DNA of 64,000 nucleotides from Azolla caroliniana (lineage: Eukaryota; Plantae; Polypodiophyta), in assembly GCA_043228905.1 (NCBI GenBank), contig JBHGNT010000018.1:16492001-16556000 (forward strand), in the 5' to 3' direction. Below are positions 11,501 to 26,100 of the stretch, piece by piece. A program made the position numbers and the translations under genes. How positions within the stretch are numbered: the first letter of the stretch is position 1; each line of letters begins with the position of its first letter. The notes beneath the pieces are model-generated. The model did no database searches and was not told the DNA's origin. It saw nothing but the letters and a program-made list of their open reading frames with translations.

Positions 11501-13770
11501 TTCCTTTGTGACTTTCTAGGGTATGCTTTGGAGGATAATATCTTCTCTTGTGTCTTCCCCTGTGGCCATACTATCTTCGGTAAGTAGTCATTTATAGTAA
11601 GTTATGGCGATATTCCTCATTTCTTCGCCATCCTCAGTGATTGTTCCATCCTCTTAGTTGAGGCTACACATCACTGTTCTAACGTGCTTTGGTCCCTTGG
11701 ATCAGAAGAATTCCTTCTTGGTCTTGTCCCCTACTCGAATCCAGTGAGTCATGATTCCATGAAACTCCATGTCATAAATTGTCTTTTCTGTCGCGATGAG
11801 TTCTTGTTTGGCCATGGCAACATGTCCCGCTACCCAATTGCATGATGGGTATCTCTTTTGGAGTCGTTGTAAGGCTATTAGTTCCCGTTTGGTCCTTTGT
11901 CTCTTTTGTTGAACATCCTTACTTCTGGTCTTGATGAGCTCGTGTAGTATATTTGAAGATCTTCTTAGTTTAATTAGAAGTTTGTTGGATGCTAATGAGT
12001 CATTGACCGGCAATGACCATTGGGTGGTCAGTTGTGCCTTCACCTTTGTAACTGTGTACATAGTGTGCGGGATTCGAGGCTGAAACGAGCCCCACTTTTA
12101 GTGCAATTGAAAATGGCCGATTACCGGTTAGTTGTCGGAGAAAGTTCTGCTTGGAGTTATGCGACACCATCCTCCCTTCACTTCTAAGGCCTTGCCCACA
12201 TAGATGTAGTCGATGCGAGATAGGGTGGGTCCACTATTCCACCCATCTGATCGAGAAAATAAGAGAGAGTCCCTTTTGTGTTGGAAGTTGTTTGAATGGC
12301 ATATATCTTGTAGGTTAAGGTGTTCCCTTCTTTGGAGAACTATGGGATTGTTGTTAGAACTATCGTGAAGGGATTCAATCATATTCAAATCCCCTCCAAT
12401 GCACCATTCCTCCTCACCCACTACTTGTAGGTGGATACGCTCCCAAAATGTTGCCCTTTCTATTATGTTATTTGGAGCATAAACATTCATGAAATTCCAA
12501 GGTTGCCCTTGAATGGCCAACGTGCAAAAATGTGCCCTAACAGGTATAAGTGATTCTTGGTGTATTAAGCCTTGGGCTACTAGATGTTCCCGAATCCAAG
12601 TGCAAATACCACGATAATTTCCATAATCACCTATTGGTAGCTAACACATTGTTCGTCACAATCCTGGTAGAAGGTCTCCGACTTCCTTTAAATAGGTACT
12701 ATCGAGATGGTGTTCCTGCAACATGATGATGTTAACAACACCGCCTAATATGTACTCCTCAAGGTACCTTCTTAGTTTCCATCTATTTTGATGGTCTAAT
12801 CGACTCATGAGCACTTGCACGTTCCATGTTACAACATTCATGGTCATGTAATGGGGTGGGCGATTACCAGGTGTTCCTAATGCTTTGCATAACAAGCCGT
12901 GTGTGGGGAACACTCACCATTTAGACATCTAGTCATTTTCATTAATGGAATGATGGTCCAGATCCATGAGTGGAGTTTGTGGGCTATCCGGTGAGCTTCA
13001 ATAGCCCCTTCTTGCTTCTCATAGAAATAGTAAAAGCCTGGATTTAGCTGAGTGTCTATGATAGTTCACAGTTGAATGTGGTAGAGGTGAGGTTTCTCTT
13101 TATCCATGGTGCACCGGAATTCTCTGTTATTCCAATGCTTCTTTAGTTCGTTCATGAGTTCTTCATCTCTTATTCTTGTTACAAAACATGTTGCTTGGCT
13201 ACATAGCGTATCTTTAATTTTGGACTTGGACCAGGCTTCCTATGCTAGAAGCAACAATGGAAAAGAGATTGAGGTCATTCATGCTCCATTATTGTGTACC
13301 GCTGATACATGTACCCTTATTTTGTCCATTGTCTTGTACCCTATACCTAGCGATTTCAAGGTGTTTTGTGGATGGGGTTCAAGGCCTTGGCTACAGGTAT
13401 CACACTCATTGGTGTTTGGGAAGGCTATGATCTAAGGGGTGACATTCAAACTTGTGCCTTGGTTTGTTGTGTCTCCATTGGGTGCAGTTTCGCTAAAGCT
13501 CTGCATTAGAGACTTAACATGACTTATCCTTCGTCTCTTCCTTGTTTTGTAAGCTTTAATGAGAACTTTCTCTTGGGTGCTTGGAATCACCTTAGGCCTT
13601 TCCTTGGGGCTTAAGAAAGTACTAGGGGAGTGTTCATCACTGGTGATTGGTGATAGGTGATTGTTATTGGAAATTGTGATCCAATTTGAAAGAGGTTTCA
13701 AGTTGACGAGAATATTTTTGGGTTACTCATAGACAAGTGAGATCGAGAGGTTTGAAGGGCTAATGTCCCA
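8549..13770 (-). mobile_element. Decayed L1-clade LINE (L1b): partial ORF1, APE endonuclease, RT, zf-RVT
   Basis: EN motifs: VVTWNV, IMLQEHHL, NVYAPN, IGGDLN, SRIDYIY (12128-12913). RT motifs: FADDT (10615-10806), KYLGFQIG and KVAW...PKSRGGLGL (10198-10578). Degenerate A-rich tail at 8549-8570. Many stops and frameshifts; the 5' boundary is approximate. Confidence 0.9.
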
Positions 13771-16746
13771 TAAGTGGCAAAACAAGTGTATGGGAAAACC
13801 ATGAGTAAATTTCTTTTCGTAAATGTGTGTCATTTGTCACTAAATTGAGTCATCCAATACCACATCCATAACCACATGCACCTAACCTAACGAGTGACTC
13901 CCTCTTATGTAAAAATACCAAAGTTGTTTTTGAGACAAATGCATTTTTTGAGTTTTCTAGATAGAAGCATTATAAATAAATAACATTGAAAAAAGATAGT
14001 TGAGGGGAGACACTATAGACAAATATTTTTCGACATTGGCAAAGTATGCTAGTAGGATTTTTTCGTTGAAGTAATGTACATGAGAATGACACCATGCATT
14101 GGCAAGGATCCATCATCATTCTATCAAGCTCAATGGAGCCATGTTCAATCAAAAGATCCACACTTTCGACTTGGATTGTTTCAGTTGATGTTTTTAGGTC
14201 GTAGTTATTCATGTCAATATCTGGAAGCCTCGAACGGACTTTTAGCTATTACTGCACTTGCTTTCTTGTACATAAAAACATCCATGAATATTTTTATGCA
14301 ACCAACATCATGGAAGAATATTATTTGATATATATTAAATTTTTTGTTTGGCAAAACCTTTTGGAACCACTTTTATGGATTGATATAAATCTACAAATAA
14401 GCTCCCCAATTTCAATCTATTGTTGTCTATTTATCACTTTTTTTAGGTTTCACATTGTTGTGCATATTTCGGTGTGCCTTCTATTAAAGATCTATATTCC
14501 TATTGCACAATTCTTCCAAATCTAATAGTCCCCTTAATGCCTTTCAAAATGCTCATGAAAACATTGGACACATGTTTCTTTAACACATTATCAAATATGA
14601 AGAGGCCTTGGTTCTAGAAATGGGTGTTCCCCACAAGTTACAACTTCATAGTTTTCATTATTTTCATTCACAATCCCTTTAAATTGTCATATTAAACAAA
14701 ACCATATCATACCCCATTTGTGACATTTCACACACACGCATTTAGTTATATCTCTCTTTCACACATTATCACTTTTAAATCACAGGCACACACATTTCTA
14801 AATGCAAGTCAAGTTTCACCCTTTTGGACTTGAATATATCGTTTTTGCACATCTCGTGTGCAATTCATTTTCTACAACCAATCTTTGTCTTTAAATTTTG
14901 TCAAACTTAAACATTGATGTTTATAGCAAAAGTGACAAAGGGATTCCCCCCATAGAGATGGGGAAATATATTTTACTTTTATCAGGTTTAGAGATTGTAT
15001 CATAAGGGAATGCCTTTCTAGTTCTCATTTGTTATTTATTATCTCTTATCTCATGTCTTTCCGGAGAACACAATGAGGTTGGATAAACCTAAATATGCAA
15101 TTTAATTTTTATAAAACTTAGAAAGTTAAGCCTATATATCTTCTCGATCATGTGAGCCCACCTTTATGATATGCCTAAAATCTAAGGATTAATGTGAACA
15201 CTACTAGAAGTAGATCATATTGAAAGCTACACTCAAGTTGTATCACGTATCTCCCCTCTTATTTTGTAGTTCCATAATATTCTAATGTAGTTTTCAATTG
15301 TCTATGTTCATCTTATGTCTCTATACTATAATCTACGATGAAACAATCATTTTCATGTGCCCCCTTAGCTAATCTATAATTGATGTGTTGTTAATTAGTG
15401 GTTCTTCATGGCTTTGACAATTTTACCTTTCTACAAGGTGCGATGTGTGCGTGTGTGTCATTTATTTATACTTCAAAACAACAAACATTTGAAAATTCCA
15501 AAGGTTGTCATGACAAACAAACCTAAACAATATATTGAAAGCACATATGCTTTTTAACCTCGACATATATTTGCTTATTTTTCTTCTATATATTAATGAA
15601 AAACTTTTGCGTGGAGTCAAAAAGTCATGTTTTCTTATATGAATACATGGCGTGATGAACATAGCATGTGCGAGATGATTCTGAAGATTTTCTTGGGGAA
15701 ATGAGAGGTGTAATACATTTACGTACAATTATTTTGATTGGTACTAGGGTTCATTGAAATGCTAATCAAATAAATGTTAGAAAGCCCTCATAACTGATAG
15801 TCCCCAAGTTAAGTTTCTTTTTGATAAACTAGAAGTCACTAAATGTAGAAATGGATTCCTCCTTAAATGAGCATTTAAAGCAACATTACATTTTTCTTAC
15901 AATTCACATTGTTGAAGTCTCTCTTTTCTTATATATTTAGAAAGAGTTGTCCATTAAATGACAAAGATCCTCGTCCATTGTCTTGTTAACCATAATCTCC
16001 ATACTCTTGTGATGAGTTGAGTGATGGACATCTTATTGGTTTTTAAAAATGATTTATACACCCATATCAATAGTAGGGGGTGACATTTGAGTGAGAAGAG
16101 GGGCTTGGGTCAAGTAGGAGACCAAGAGTACAATGCCTTTGGGCACACATACTACACCAAAAACAAATTATAAACATCACAAATTCTCATGAATGATCCA
16201 TTTGAGAGAGGATTGTTTGACATCATGTATCATGCTTGTATATGATGTAGCATACATGATCACACCTTGAACCATCTTCATCAATTCCTACTTGTATCAT
16301 CATTGAGTACAAATGCCATTTCTACTAATTGTTTTTCAACTAGTAACCAAAGTTGACTATAAATCACAATGTGCACTCTCGATTCCAACATTTATTAGTA
16401 AAATTCTTGAACATTTAGAGTCATTGCTTGATTCTACAAATACTGTGTTAAAATGATTCAATTTTGGTTGCATTGGTCATATTTAATATTTAGTATGCTT
16501 TCCTTTGCCTTTCATATTTTTGTTGTGGGCCATAATGTGTACCAATAATGTAGAGTGCGTTGGACTAGCATAATCTATGGATTCCATTTACAAGAAGGGA
16601 AACATATATACACAATCCATATATTCTAAAGAGAATAAGAAAATTAAAATACCTATATGGAAGATTACAAGGCAGTAAAGGATCAAGTTTCCACTATGGA
16701 TCTTGAGAATATTATAATTGAGGGTACAATGAGCTTCTTCTTAATC

Positions 16747-16747
<1 letters not shown>

Positions 16748-16782
<35 letters not shown>
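16748..16782. repeat. (AG)n microsatellite
   Basis: Uninterrupted AG dinucleotide run. Confidence 0.95.
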
Positions 16783-16785
<3 letters not shown>

Positions 16786-17999
16786 TTATATGTGAGAGAT
16801 GACCTCAAAGGAAGCTCCAAATTTGTCAAGATAAAGAAAATGTGATGACATTGTGTGTGAGGCATCCTTAAAAAGAGAGAACCAAAGGTGTGTGTGAAAG
16901 AGAGACAAAGAGCATGGTTAAAAATCCCAACAATATAATGTGGACAGTTTAAAGTGAGATGGTCATGCCAAGAGTTCAGAGACAATGAAGCCATTGCTTT
17001 GACACATTGAGGTGGAAATTTAGTCAATGAGTAATATTTTGTGACCAAACAACCTATATGGGGGTACTAATCTGAGCACCCTATCCCCCGAGTTGATAGA
17101 AGGCTAACAACATAGCACCAAAAACATAAAGAGGTTACTTCTGGAAGGGGGGGGACATAAGAAGGAAGAAGATAACACAACAGAAAAGGCACCACTCTTG
17201 TCTCTTTCCACATATATTCATAAACTCATTTGTTAGTTACACATTGTCGAAATTTGTATCCATATAATGTAGGATGGATCTTATACAAGCAAGCTTATCC
17301 CAACCACGACTGCAACTCCAACTACAACAGGTGTATGCCGTTGATCACCAATTTTGTTTTCTTTGTATGTTTACTCCCAGACCTCCATGTTAGAACTTGG
17401 TATCACTTTGGGATTCACAAGGAATACTTTTCTTTGCCACTCCTTGAGAGTAGTTTAAATGCAGCTTCAGAACCTGAACAGAATTGTGTTCTAAGACACT
17501 ATTGAATGACTTTCTGAATAAAATAAACTTTGAATATTGCCAAAGCTTGAGCTACACCAAGAAGTATATTTGATCGGGGAATTATCTTGATATACAAACA
17601 AGTATTTCACTCAAAACTAACCTAACATAATAAAAACCTCGAAGCTTTAAAATAACCAACCTCTTTAATTTTAAGATAATTTAGGAAACACATTGTCAAT
17701 TGTCCTGGCCAAAAGGCATGATAAATAATTGAACCAGCAATGAGCATAATACCTTGGCACCTGACGATCTTGCATAAGTTATGGCTTTGGACTTTGTTAT
17801 AGAAATATCATTGTTTGGAGATTGCCATGTAAAACTAAGTCAATCATAAGAATGACATTCATCAACTATTAAAACTTGAGAAAAACTCAAACCTATGATT
17901 GTCATCCTCATCTTTTAGAGGTTCTGATGCAATGGGAAAAACACAGTGGGGAAAATCATTTTTTTACCATTATTTTAAAAAAGAAGAAGCATAAATAGC

Positions 18000-18143
18000 C
18001 GGTTACAAAAATATGAACCGGTTAGATTCTGGATTTTGGGACATTCTAGGCAGAATCAGTTCCGGCTCTCTCCCACCTTGGCAGGCAAAAGTCCCAACTG
18101 AACCGGAACGTTGGCACTGTTCCTGGGACTTTGCCCAACACTG
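18000..18143. mobile_element. Right end of a hAT-type DNA transposon (17-bp TIR plus subterminal motifs)
   Basis: GACTTTGCCCAACACTG (18127-18143) is the exact reverse complement of the TIR CAGTGTTGGGCAAAGTC at 43445-43461. Both ends share a subterminal GAACCGGAAC motif. Confidence 0.65.
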
Positions 18144-20100
18144 GGTGTGGATCATGGTTTTGATGTAAATGGTATCTTGACCATAACTTCTAGGCAAGGT
18201 AACTCATGTTCCCTTACCTTCTCTCGAAGAGGAGTGAGAGTTCAAAGGGTTTTGATGAGGGTGTGGCCCGTGATCCTGATGTAAATGGTGTCTTGACCAT
18301 AGCTTGTAGGGGGCGTAACCCACTTAATTTCTTTTGCACGATAAGTGACTTTAAAGCCCGGTATCTGAGGGCATTGTTGCAAAAATTTGCTAGTGAGATG
18401 AGGCGGAACCATTGGGGTTCTGGACCGAAAGGAATTAGGGCTTAACGATTAATGCACTTTAAGTTTAAAGACGGGAAATATACCTTCAATAATACTTATT
18501 TATACTTATATGTGCAAGCAAAGCTTAGAGTAAGAGAGTTGGGCCTTATGAAGGAATGTCGTCTACTTTACAAACAACAAGGTATACTCAACCGGGACAA
18601 GGTGACCTTTAGAATTGAACCAAATCCTGGGAAGAATGAAGAGGCTAATGGAAGAGGCCAAGGAACTACACATTGAGGTTGTCCACAACTCGACATCAGT
18701 CACGATCCGAGCGGGGAAAGATGTGAGGTGCAAAGGGGAGAAAGAAATTAACTTTTGGTCATCCATCCTCGGAAGCCTTTTGTTAGAGCATAGATCTAAA
18801 GTAAGCATATGATAAGGATAACAAAGATAGATTAATAAGAAAGGAGAGAGAGAAAGAAGGGTGCCAATCCACCCGACCATCCTCAAGCGAAGGGATCGAG
18901 ACGGACTCGAGCCTCGATCGACGTCCCATACCACCGCTGTGGCGTTGAGTCGTACCTAGTGCTGGCGCGCTCGCTACAAGAGTTGATCCACCACAAGAAC
19001 AGAGTCTCGACGTAGTCAAGAAATGATGAAATGAGGGTAGCTAGGCCTCATATTTATAGCTAGACCCAAGGCCCCCAGGCAAGTTAACACTTGGCCTAAT
19101 GGGTTGTCTTAATCCCGAGTATTAAAACTAATCCTCCCCTTCTTTACACTGTCGTTTAACCCTCACACTTTATCCCCATGTATAGAATACTACAATACAT
19201 TCTCACCACGGGATATTATATGGTCATGCCCGTAACATACTCCCCCTCTTTAAAACATTGCACTCTTGTAATGGAAAGTTAGGGAAGTTAGTTCTAAGAG
19301 TATTTTCGCGTTCCCATGTGGCAGCTCTGATAGATTTATCCATCCATTTATTTTTAAATTCTCGGATTATTTTAGAACGCAAATGTTTTGTTTTAACATC
19401 GAGAATTAGTTCTGGTTCATGTGGTTTAGAAGATAATTCTTCAGAAGTAACTGTATTGTCGACAGAACCTAGAAGTTTTTTTAGACGACTTACATGAAAA
19501 ACTGGATGGATTTCAATGCCAACAGGAAGACCAAGATGATAGGTTGATGAACCAACCCATTTGAGGATTGTAAAAGGTCCACAAAACCGTGGGGCTAACT
19601 TAGTGCACTTACCCATAGACAATGTCTTAGAATTCTGAGGCACACGTAAAAATACCTTCTGTCTAGGGTTGAATACATGAGGTTATGTATTATGATCGGC
19701 ATAAAAACGCACTCTATCTTGAGCAGTTTTTATATTATCTCATGCAATATGCAACATATCTTGCATATCCTGAAGAAAGTTTTGCGTACCTCACAACTCA
19801 TCATGATTTATATTAACATCAATCGGGGCTCGTGGCCGAAAACCATACATCAACATAAAAGGACTATATCCCGTCGATGTATGCTTGGAGTTGTTATAAG
19901 CAAACTCCAAAATTGGGAGATAACGTTCCTATTTTGTTGGTTTTGTACAAACATATGCACAGAGCATGTCCTCAATAATTTGATTTACTCGTTCTGTTTG
20001 TCCATTGGATTGAGGATGATCCGTGGAGCTCATGCTCAATGTAGTTTCTAACTTCTTAAAGACTTGCATCCAAAAGTCACTACTAAACTTTGGATCTTGA

Positions 20101-23100
20101 TCACTCACTGACTGGATAGCTAAGGTCGGGTCGAGTTATCGTGAGATAGATGAGGCTCCCGATAAGTTGACGATATTGGGTCGGCTCGCACTCATCTGTG
20201 CCGGAGTCAACATCTAGTTTGAGGTTTCGATCGAGAGGCGTAGCCACCGATTTGCACTTCGTCATCCCGAACTTGTATAACAAGTTGAGGATGTAGTGTC
20301 GTTGAGAGATCATAATGCTGGTCGGAATCCGAATTACTTCGATGCCGAGGAAGTAATGGAGCTCCTTTATGTCCGTCATCTCGAATTTTCCGGAGAGGAG
20401 GGACTTGACCTTGTTGATGTCGACTAGACTTTCACCTCCAATGACCAGATCATCCACGTATAGGATGATGACAATTAGGCTTCTAGACTTGTGTTGTACG
20501 TAGAGGGAGTTGTCGGATTTCGACGTTCGAAAGCTGATTTGATAAAGATATTCCGTAATCTTCGAATGCCAGGCACGCGGTGCTTGCTTGAGGCCGTAGA
20601 GAGGCTTCTTGAGTTGGTGTTGAGAATCAAGCTCAACTTGGTCTAATGTGTGAACTCACCTTGAGAGTGAAGAGACACCTCAACGGTCAAGAGTCACCAT
20701 TATGTCACCACTTTGTATTCTAGCATTTAGTATGAGTCATAGAATCATATTCTATGACACATAACTTATGAGCTTTCACATTCCCCATGCTCCATGAGGC
20801 TTGTAGTTAATGAAGAGAGAGGGTGACTACATAAAGCACCCTCCTCCCACCTTGTAATATGTTGAGTCTTTCTCCTTTGCTAATATACTTAACCTTGCAT
20901 ATACTCTGTGTCTCTCTCTCTCTCTCTATCTCATACACACATACACAAACAGTTCACACCTATTTCGCTTCACAAGAATCCATCTCTTGATTCTTTACAT
21001 GGTATCAGAGCGATTTGGTAGCTCGATCTAGCCCATTCGCCTCATCGTGATCGTGTGTTGTGCTCTACGCCGACGACCAAGAACCGGCTCATAGCTATCG
21101 TAGCTTCGCTACATAGCTCGCATTCGAAGAGAGAAGAAGAAGAAGAAAAATCGATATAATGAATACTCAAATGGGGAGCACTCTCCCTACTGAGAAGTTG
21201 GATCGAAACAACTTCGCATCTTGGGAGTACAAGATGCACCAATACCTTGTCGGACAAGGCTATTGGAGCTACATCAAAGGAGTGCATGAAGACTGACCCG
21301 CCGAAGCGGCTCCCAGATACGCGTCATGGGAGCAAGCCGCAAGCCGCGTGATGTATTGTTTGGCGACATGTGTTCACGACCACATGCTCGGTTACATTCG
21401 AGAAGCCAAGACGCCGAAGGAAGCGTGGGAAAATCTACGAAAGATTTTCGCCACCAACACGACCGCGAGGAAGCTTCAACTCCGCCAAGAGTTGAACAAC
21501 ATTCAACAAAGGTACATGTCCATCACGACATACACCTTGAAGATCAAGGAGCTTTGCGACTCGCTCGGCTCAATAAGTGTAAGTATAGATGATGATGAGA
21601 TGGTACAAATATGCCTCGGCGGCCTCGCACCACGGTTCGGCGTGATGCGAACCGCCGTTCTAGCACGGGAGAAATCTCCCTCCTTCTTCGAGCTCCAATC
21701 AATGCTATTGGTCAAAGAAAACCACGTGCGTACAAGGAGCAATGAGTCGGAAGGCCACATGCTCTACATGCACTCTAATGGAGGAAGAGGACGCAGACGA
21801 GCAAGAGGCCGATTCGGCCAAGGACAAGGCGGACGAGGTCCGACCTACGACAGCAACTCCCAATTTCAGCCGCAAAATGGAGGCCAATGAGGAACCTTTG
21901 CAAGAAGGGGGAGCTTCCAATCCGGCCCTAGCCGTCAAAACGAACCGAATGCGGATATTGCGGAAAGCTAGGCCACCACGAAGAAGAGTGCCGAAAGAAG
22001 ATGCGTGAATCGGCTTCCACAAGCCGACAACTCACGAATTACGTACACAATTCCGACTACGAAGAGTATATCGGAATGTACGGGAACAACTCCGACTACG
22101 AAGATCGTGGCGGAATGTATGCATGGAACTCCGACCGTGGCGGAATGTTCATGATGAAACATAGAGCAAACTCTATGTCGGCCTCTACCTCAACTAGTGC
22201 CCTCAATCCGGAGGACGTATGGTTTGTAGACTCCGAAGCCTCAAACCATATGACATCCCATAAAGAATGGTTTCTCGAACTTCGAGAGCCGGAGCAACCC
22301 GGTTATGTCGAAACCGGAGATGACACTACACACCCGATTCAGCACATCGGCAATGTTCCGTTCGGCGAAAGAGGTAAGCAAACATACATTAGAAATGTCT
22401 TGCATGTTCCCACCATCACAAAGAATTTGGTCTCGGTCGGCCAAATGGTTGAGCAAGGGATGCAAGTACGATTCGACCAAGAAGGGTGCTTCATCGAAAA
22501 AGAAGGCTGAATCATCGCACGCGGAAGAAGAGAGGGCCGGATGTTAATTCTCGATTCGCACGAGATGAAATCCGCCATGTTCGCGAAAAGCACGAAAGTC
22601 GACTCCGACATAGAGCTATGACATAAGCGAATCGGCCACATCAATCTCAACAAACCCAAAGCAATGAGATCGAAAGGATTCGTTATCAAACTCCCGACAT
22701 TCAAAGAGAAGGAGATTGAAGGTGTATGCGAAGCGTGCCAATTCGGCAAGCAACACCGACACACATTCCCGAAGGAGCGAAATGTGAGCAAAGGCGTACT
22801 CGACGTAATTCATTCCGATGTATGGGGTCCGGCCCAAACGGCGACATTCGGCGGATGCGGATATTACGTGCTCTTCATGGACGACTTTTCTAGGCACCCT
22901 TGGATCTATCCGATGCGGCAAAAGAGCGAAGTGTTCGGACATTTCCAAAAGTTCAAGAATGAAGTCGAGAAAGCCATGGGCCGACATGTACGATGCCTTC
23001 GATCGGATGGCGGCAAGGAGTACTTCTCGGATGATTTCACGGCGTATCTCCGAAAGGAAGGAATTCAGCGAGAATTCACTTGCCTACACACTCCGCAACA

Positions 23101-26100
23101 AAACGGAGTAGCCAAGCGCAAAAATCGGCACATCCTCGAAGTAGCGCGGGCCATGATGAACGAGAAGCATGTGCCCAAGTCATATTGGGCCGAAGCGGCA
23201 AATACGGCCGTCTACCTAATGAACGGATGCACAACATCCGGCGTGCACGAGGTCATTCCGCACGAAAGATTCTTCGGAAAGAAGCCGAACCTATCACATG
23301 TTCGGATATTCGGCTCCATTGCGTACGTGCACATCCCTGACGAGAAGCGTCAAAAGCTCGACCCAAAGTCGGAGAAATGTATCCTCGTAGGATACTCACT
23401 GGAGCAAAAGGGGTACAAGTGCTACAACCCCTCAACTCGAAAATCTCGGGTAAGTCGAGACGTCGTCTTTGACGAGTCCGCATCCTGGTACGCACCAGAG
23501 ACAAGTTCGCCTCCGACTCCGCTCGACCTGGAATCCACCGAACAAGAGATAGAGGATGAAGATCATCTTATGCGCATGTTCAAAGAAAGTCCGATCACGA
23601 CCCGACTGAGCGGACCACAAGAGCCTTTGAGCGATCAAAGCACATCACGGCCTAGCTCGAAGATGGACAAAGGCAAGGCAAAAATGGCGGAATATAAAGA
23701 CGATCGCTTTGACGACGATGAATCGACTCACTCACTCGACAGTGAGTTCGGTGGTTTCGAGGTACCAATCGGAGCCAAGAAAGCCCTCATCTCTGCAAAT
23801 GAAAAGCTCCGCCGATCCACTTGTGAAAAGAACCCCGTAAGCCAATTCGGCTACAACGATTACATGGCGTACCATTACACCTTTATGATGAAGGTAGCGA
23901 CAGTACGAGAGCTAGAAACCTTTTCGAAAGCCGCAAAGGACCCGCGATGGATCGAAGCAATGAACGAGGAAATGCAGGCACTACGGAAGAACGAGACGTG
24001 GGATCTCGTTCCCACCTCACCACACAAAAAGGCGATCGGATGCAGATGGATCTACAAGGTGAAGTATAACGCCGATGGTTCCGTAAACCGCTACAAAGCT
24101 TGACTCGTAGCGAAAGGATACGCTCAGATGCATGGCGTCGACTACGAAGAGACCTTTGCCCTGGTGGCAAAGATGACGACAGTACGGACCGTAATTGCGA
24201 TTGCCGCGGCGAAAGGGTGGCACCTCCATCAAATGGATGTCAAGAACGCCTTTCTACAAGGAGAATTAGAAGAGGAGGTGTACATGATCCAACCACCCGG
24301 CTTTAACTCGAGCACTCATCCAAAAGCCGTATGCTGACTCAAGAAGCCACTCTACGGCCTCAAGCAAGCACCGCGTGCTTGGCATTCGAAGATAACGCAA
24401 TATCTTCATCAAATTGGCTTCCGTATGTCAAAATTGGACAACTCCCTCTACATACGAAGCGATTCCGCAAAACCGATCGTCATCATTTTATATGTGGATG
24501 AACTAGTCATTGGAGGTGAGCATCTCGTCGAAATCAATAAAGTCAAATCCCTCCTTTCCGACAAGTTCGAGATGACGGACATGAAGGAGCTCCACTACTT
24601 CCTCGGCATCGAGGTAATTCAGACTCCGGCCGGAATCATGATCTCTCAACGGCACTACATCCTCAACTTGTTATACAAGTTCGGGATGGCTGAGTGCAAA
24701 TCCGTGGCAACCCCGCTCGATCGTAATCTCAAACTAGATGCGAACTCCGGCACCAAAGCTCGGGAGTCTCATCTACCTCACGATCACACGACCCGATCTG
24801 AGTTATCCGGTCGGTCTCCTTAGCCAATTCATGCAAACACCGCGTGATACTCACTTGGATTGCGCTAAGTGAGTTCTATGCTACGTGAGCAGCTCAATGG
24901 ATTGTGGCATCCTCTACAAGACCGCGATGCCAATACGACTTGAGGGGTACATAGACGCCGATTGGGCCAGCTACAAAGCCAATAGAAGATCAACCTCCGG
25001 ATTTGTTTTCTCCCTCAGCAGCGGAGCAATATCCTGGAGTAGCAAGAAGCAGCCTACCGTCGCTCTTTCGAGTACGGAGGCGGAATATAGGGGCGCATCC
25101 GTAGCTACATGTGAAGCCGTATGGCTGAAGAGGATTTTTAAGGATTTGGGCGTCCCCATCAAGGATCCGACTCCCCTTTACTGCGACAACATGAACAGTA
25201 TTTATCTGGCTCGGAACCCTGTGTTCCACGCGCGGACAAAGCACATCGAAGTGCACTATCACTTCATCCGAGAGCGCGTTCTAGATGGCGATGTTGACCT
25301 ACAACACATTAGCACCAATCTTCAAACGGCTGACATCTTCACTAAAGCCTTAGGAGCCGACAAGCTATGGCAATTCATGACCGATCTCGGATTGACGATC
25401 CCTGACCTGCCAAGCTTGAGGGGGAGTACTGAAGACACTACACAATAACACGTGGATTCCGCAACCACGCAACAAAGCCGCGAAGGAAGCACGTAAGCCG
25501 AAGCACAGACTTCGTAACTACGCACAACGCAAGCTGGAGCACGGATTCCACAACTCTGCATACATGCGAGTCGACACGAGTCGACGCGGACTCCAGAACG
25601 CGAGTTGAAGCGGATTTCGGATACTGTCTGAAACCGACCCCACTTGAGTTTGAGGGGGCGTGTTGAGAATCAAGCTCAACTTGGTCTAGTGTGTGAACTC
25701 ACCTTGAGAGTGAAGAGACACCTCAACGGTCAAGATCACCATTATGTCACCACTTTGTATTCTAGCATTTAGTATGAGTCATAGAATCATATTCTATGAC
25801 ACATAACTTATGAGCTTTCACATTCCCCATGCTCCATGAGGCTTGTAGTTAATGAAGAGAGAGGGTGACTACATAAAGCACCCTCCTCCCACCTTGTAAT
25901 ATGTTGAGTCTTTCTCCTTTGCTAATATACTTAACCTTGCGTATACTCTGTGTGTGTCTCTCTCTCTATCTCATACACACATACACAAACAGTTCACACC
26001 TATTCCGCTTCACAAGAATCCATCTCTTGATTCTTTATAGTTGGCATACGGCTTTTGGATGAATGCGCGATTCAAAGCCTGGTGGTTGTACCATGTACAC

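Noticed and set aside
13800-17200. Decayed MULE-like transposase on the minus strand
   Set aside because: Only vague fragments (e.g. KWHLYSMMIQVGIDEDG), with no convincing TIR, TSD or catalytic motif; left unannotated.
21890-22001. Programmed frameshift between Copia A gag and zinc knuckle
   Set aside because: Sister Copia B is in frame across this spot, so it is a private 1-bp deletion plus a nonsense change.
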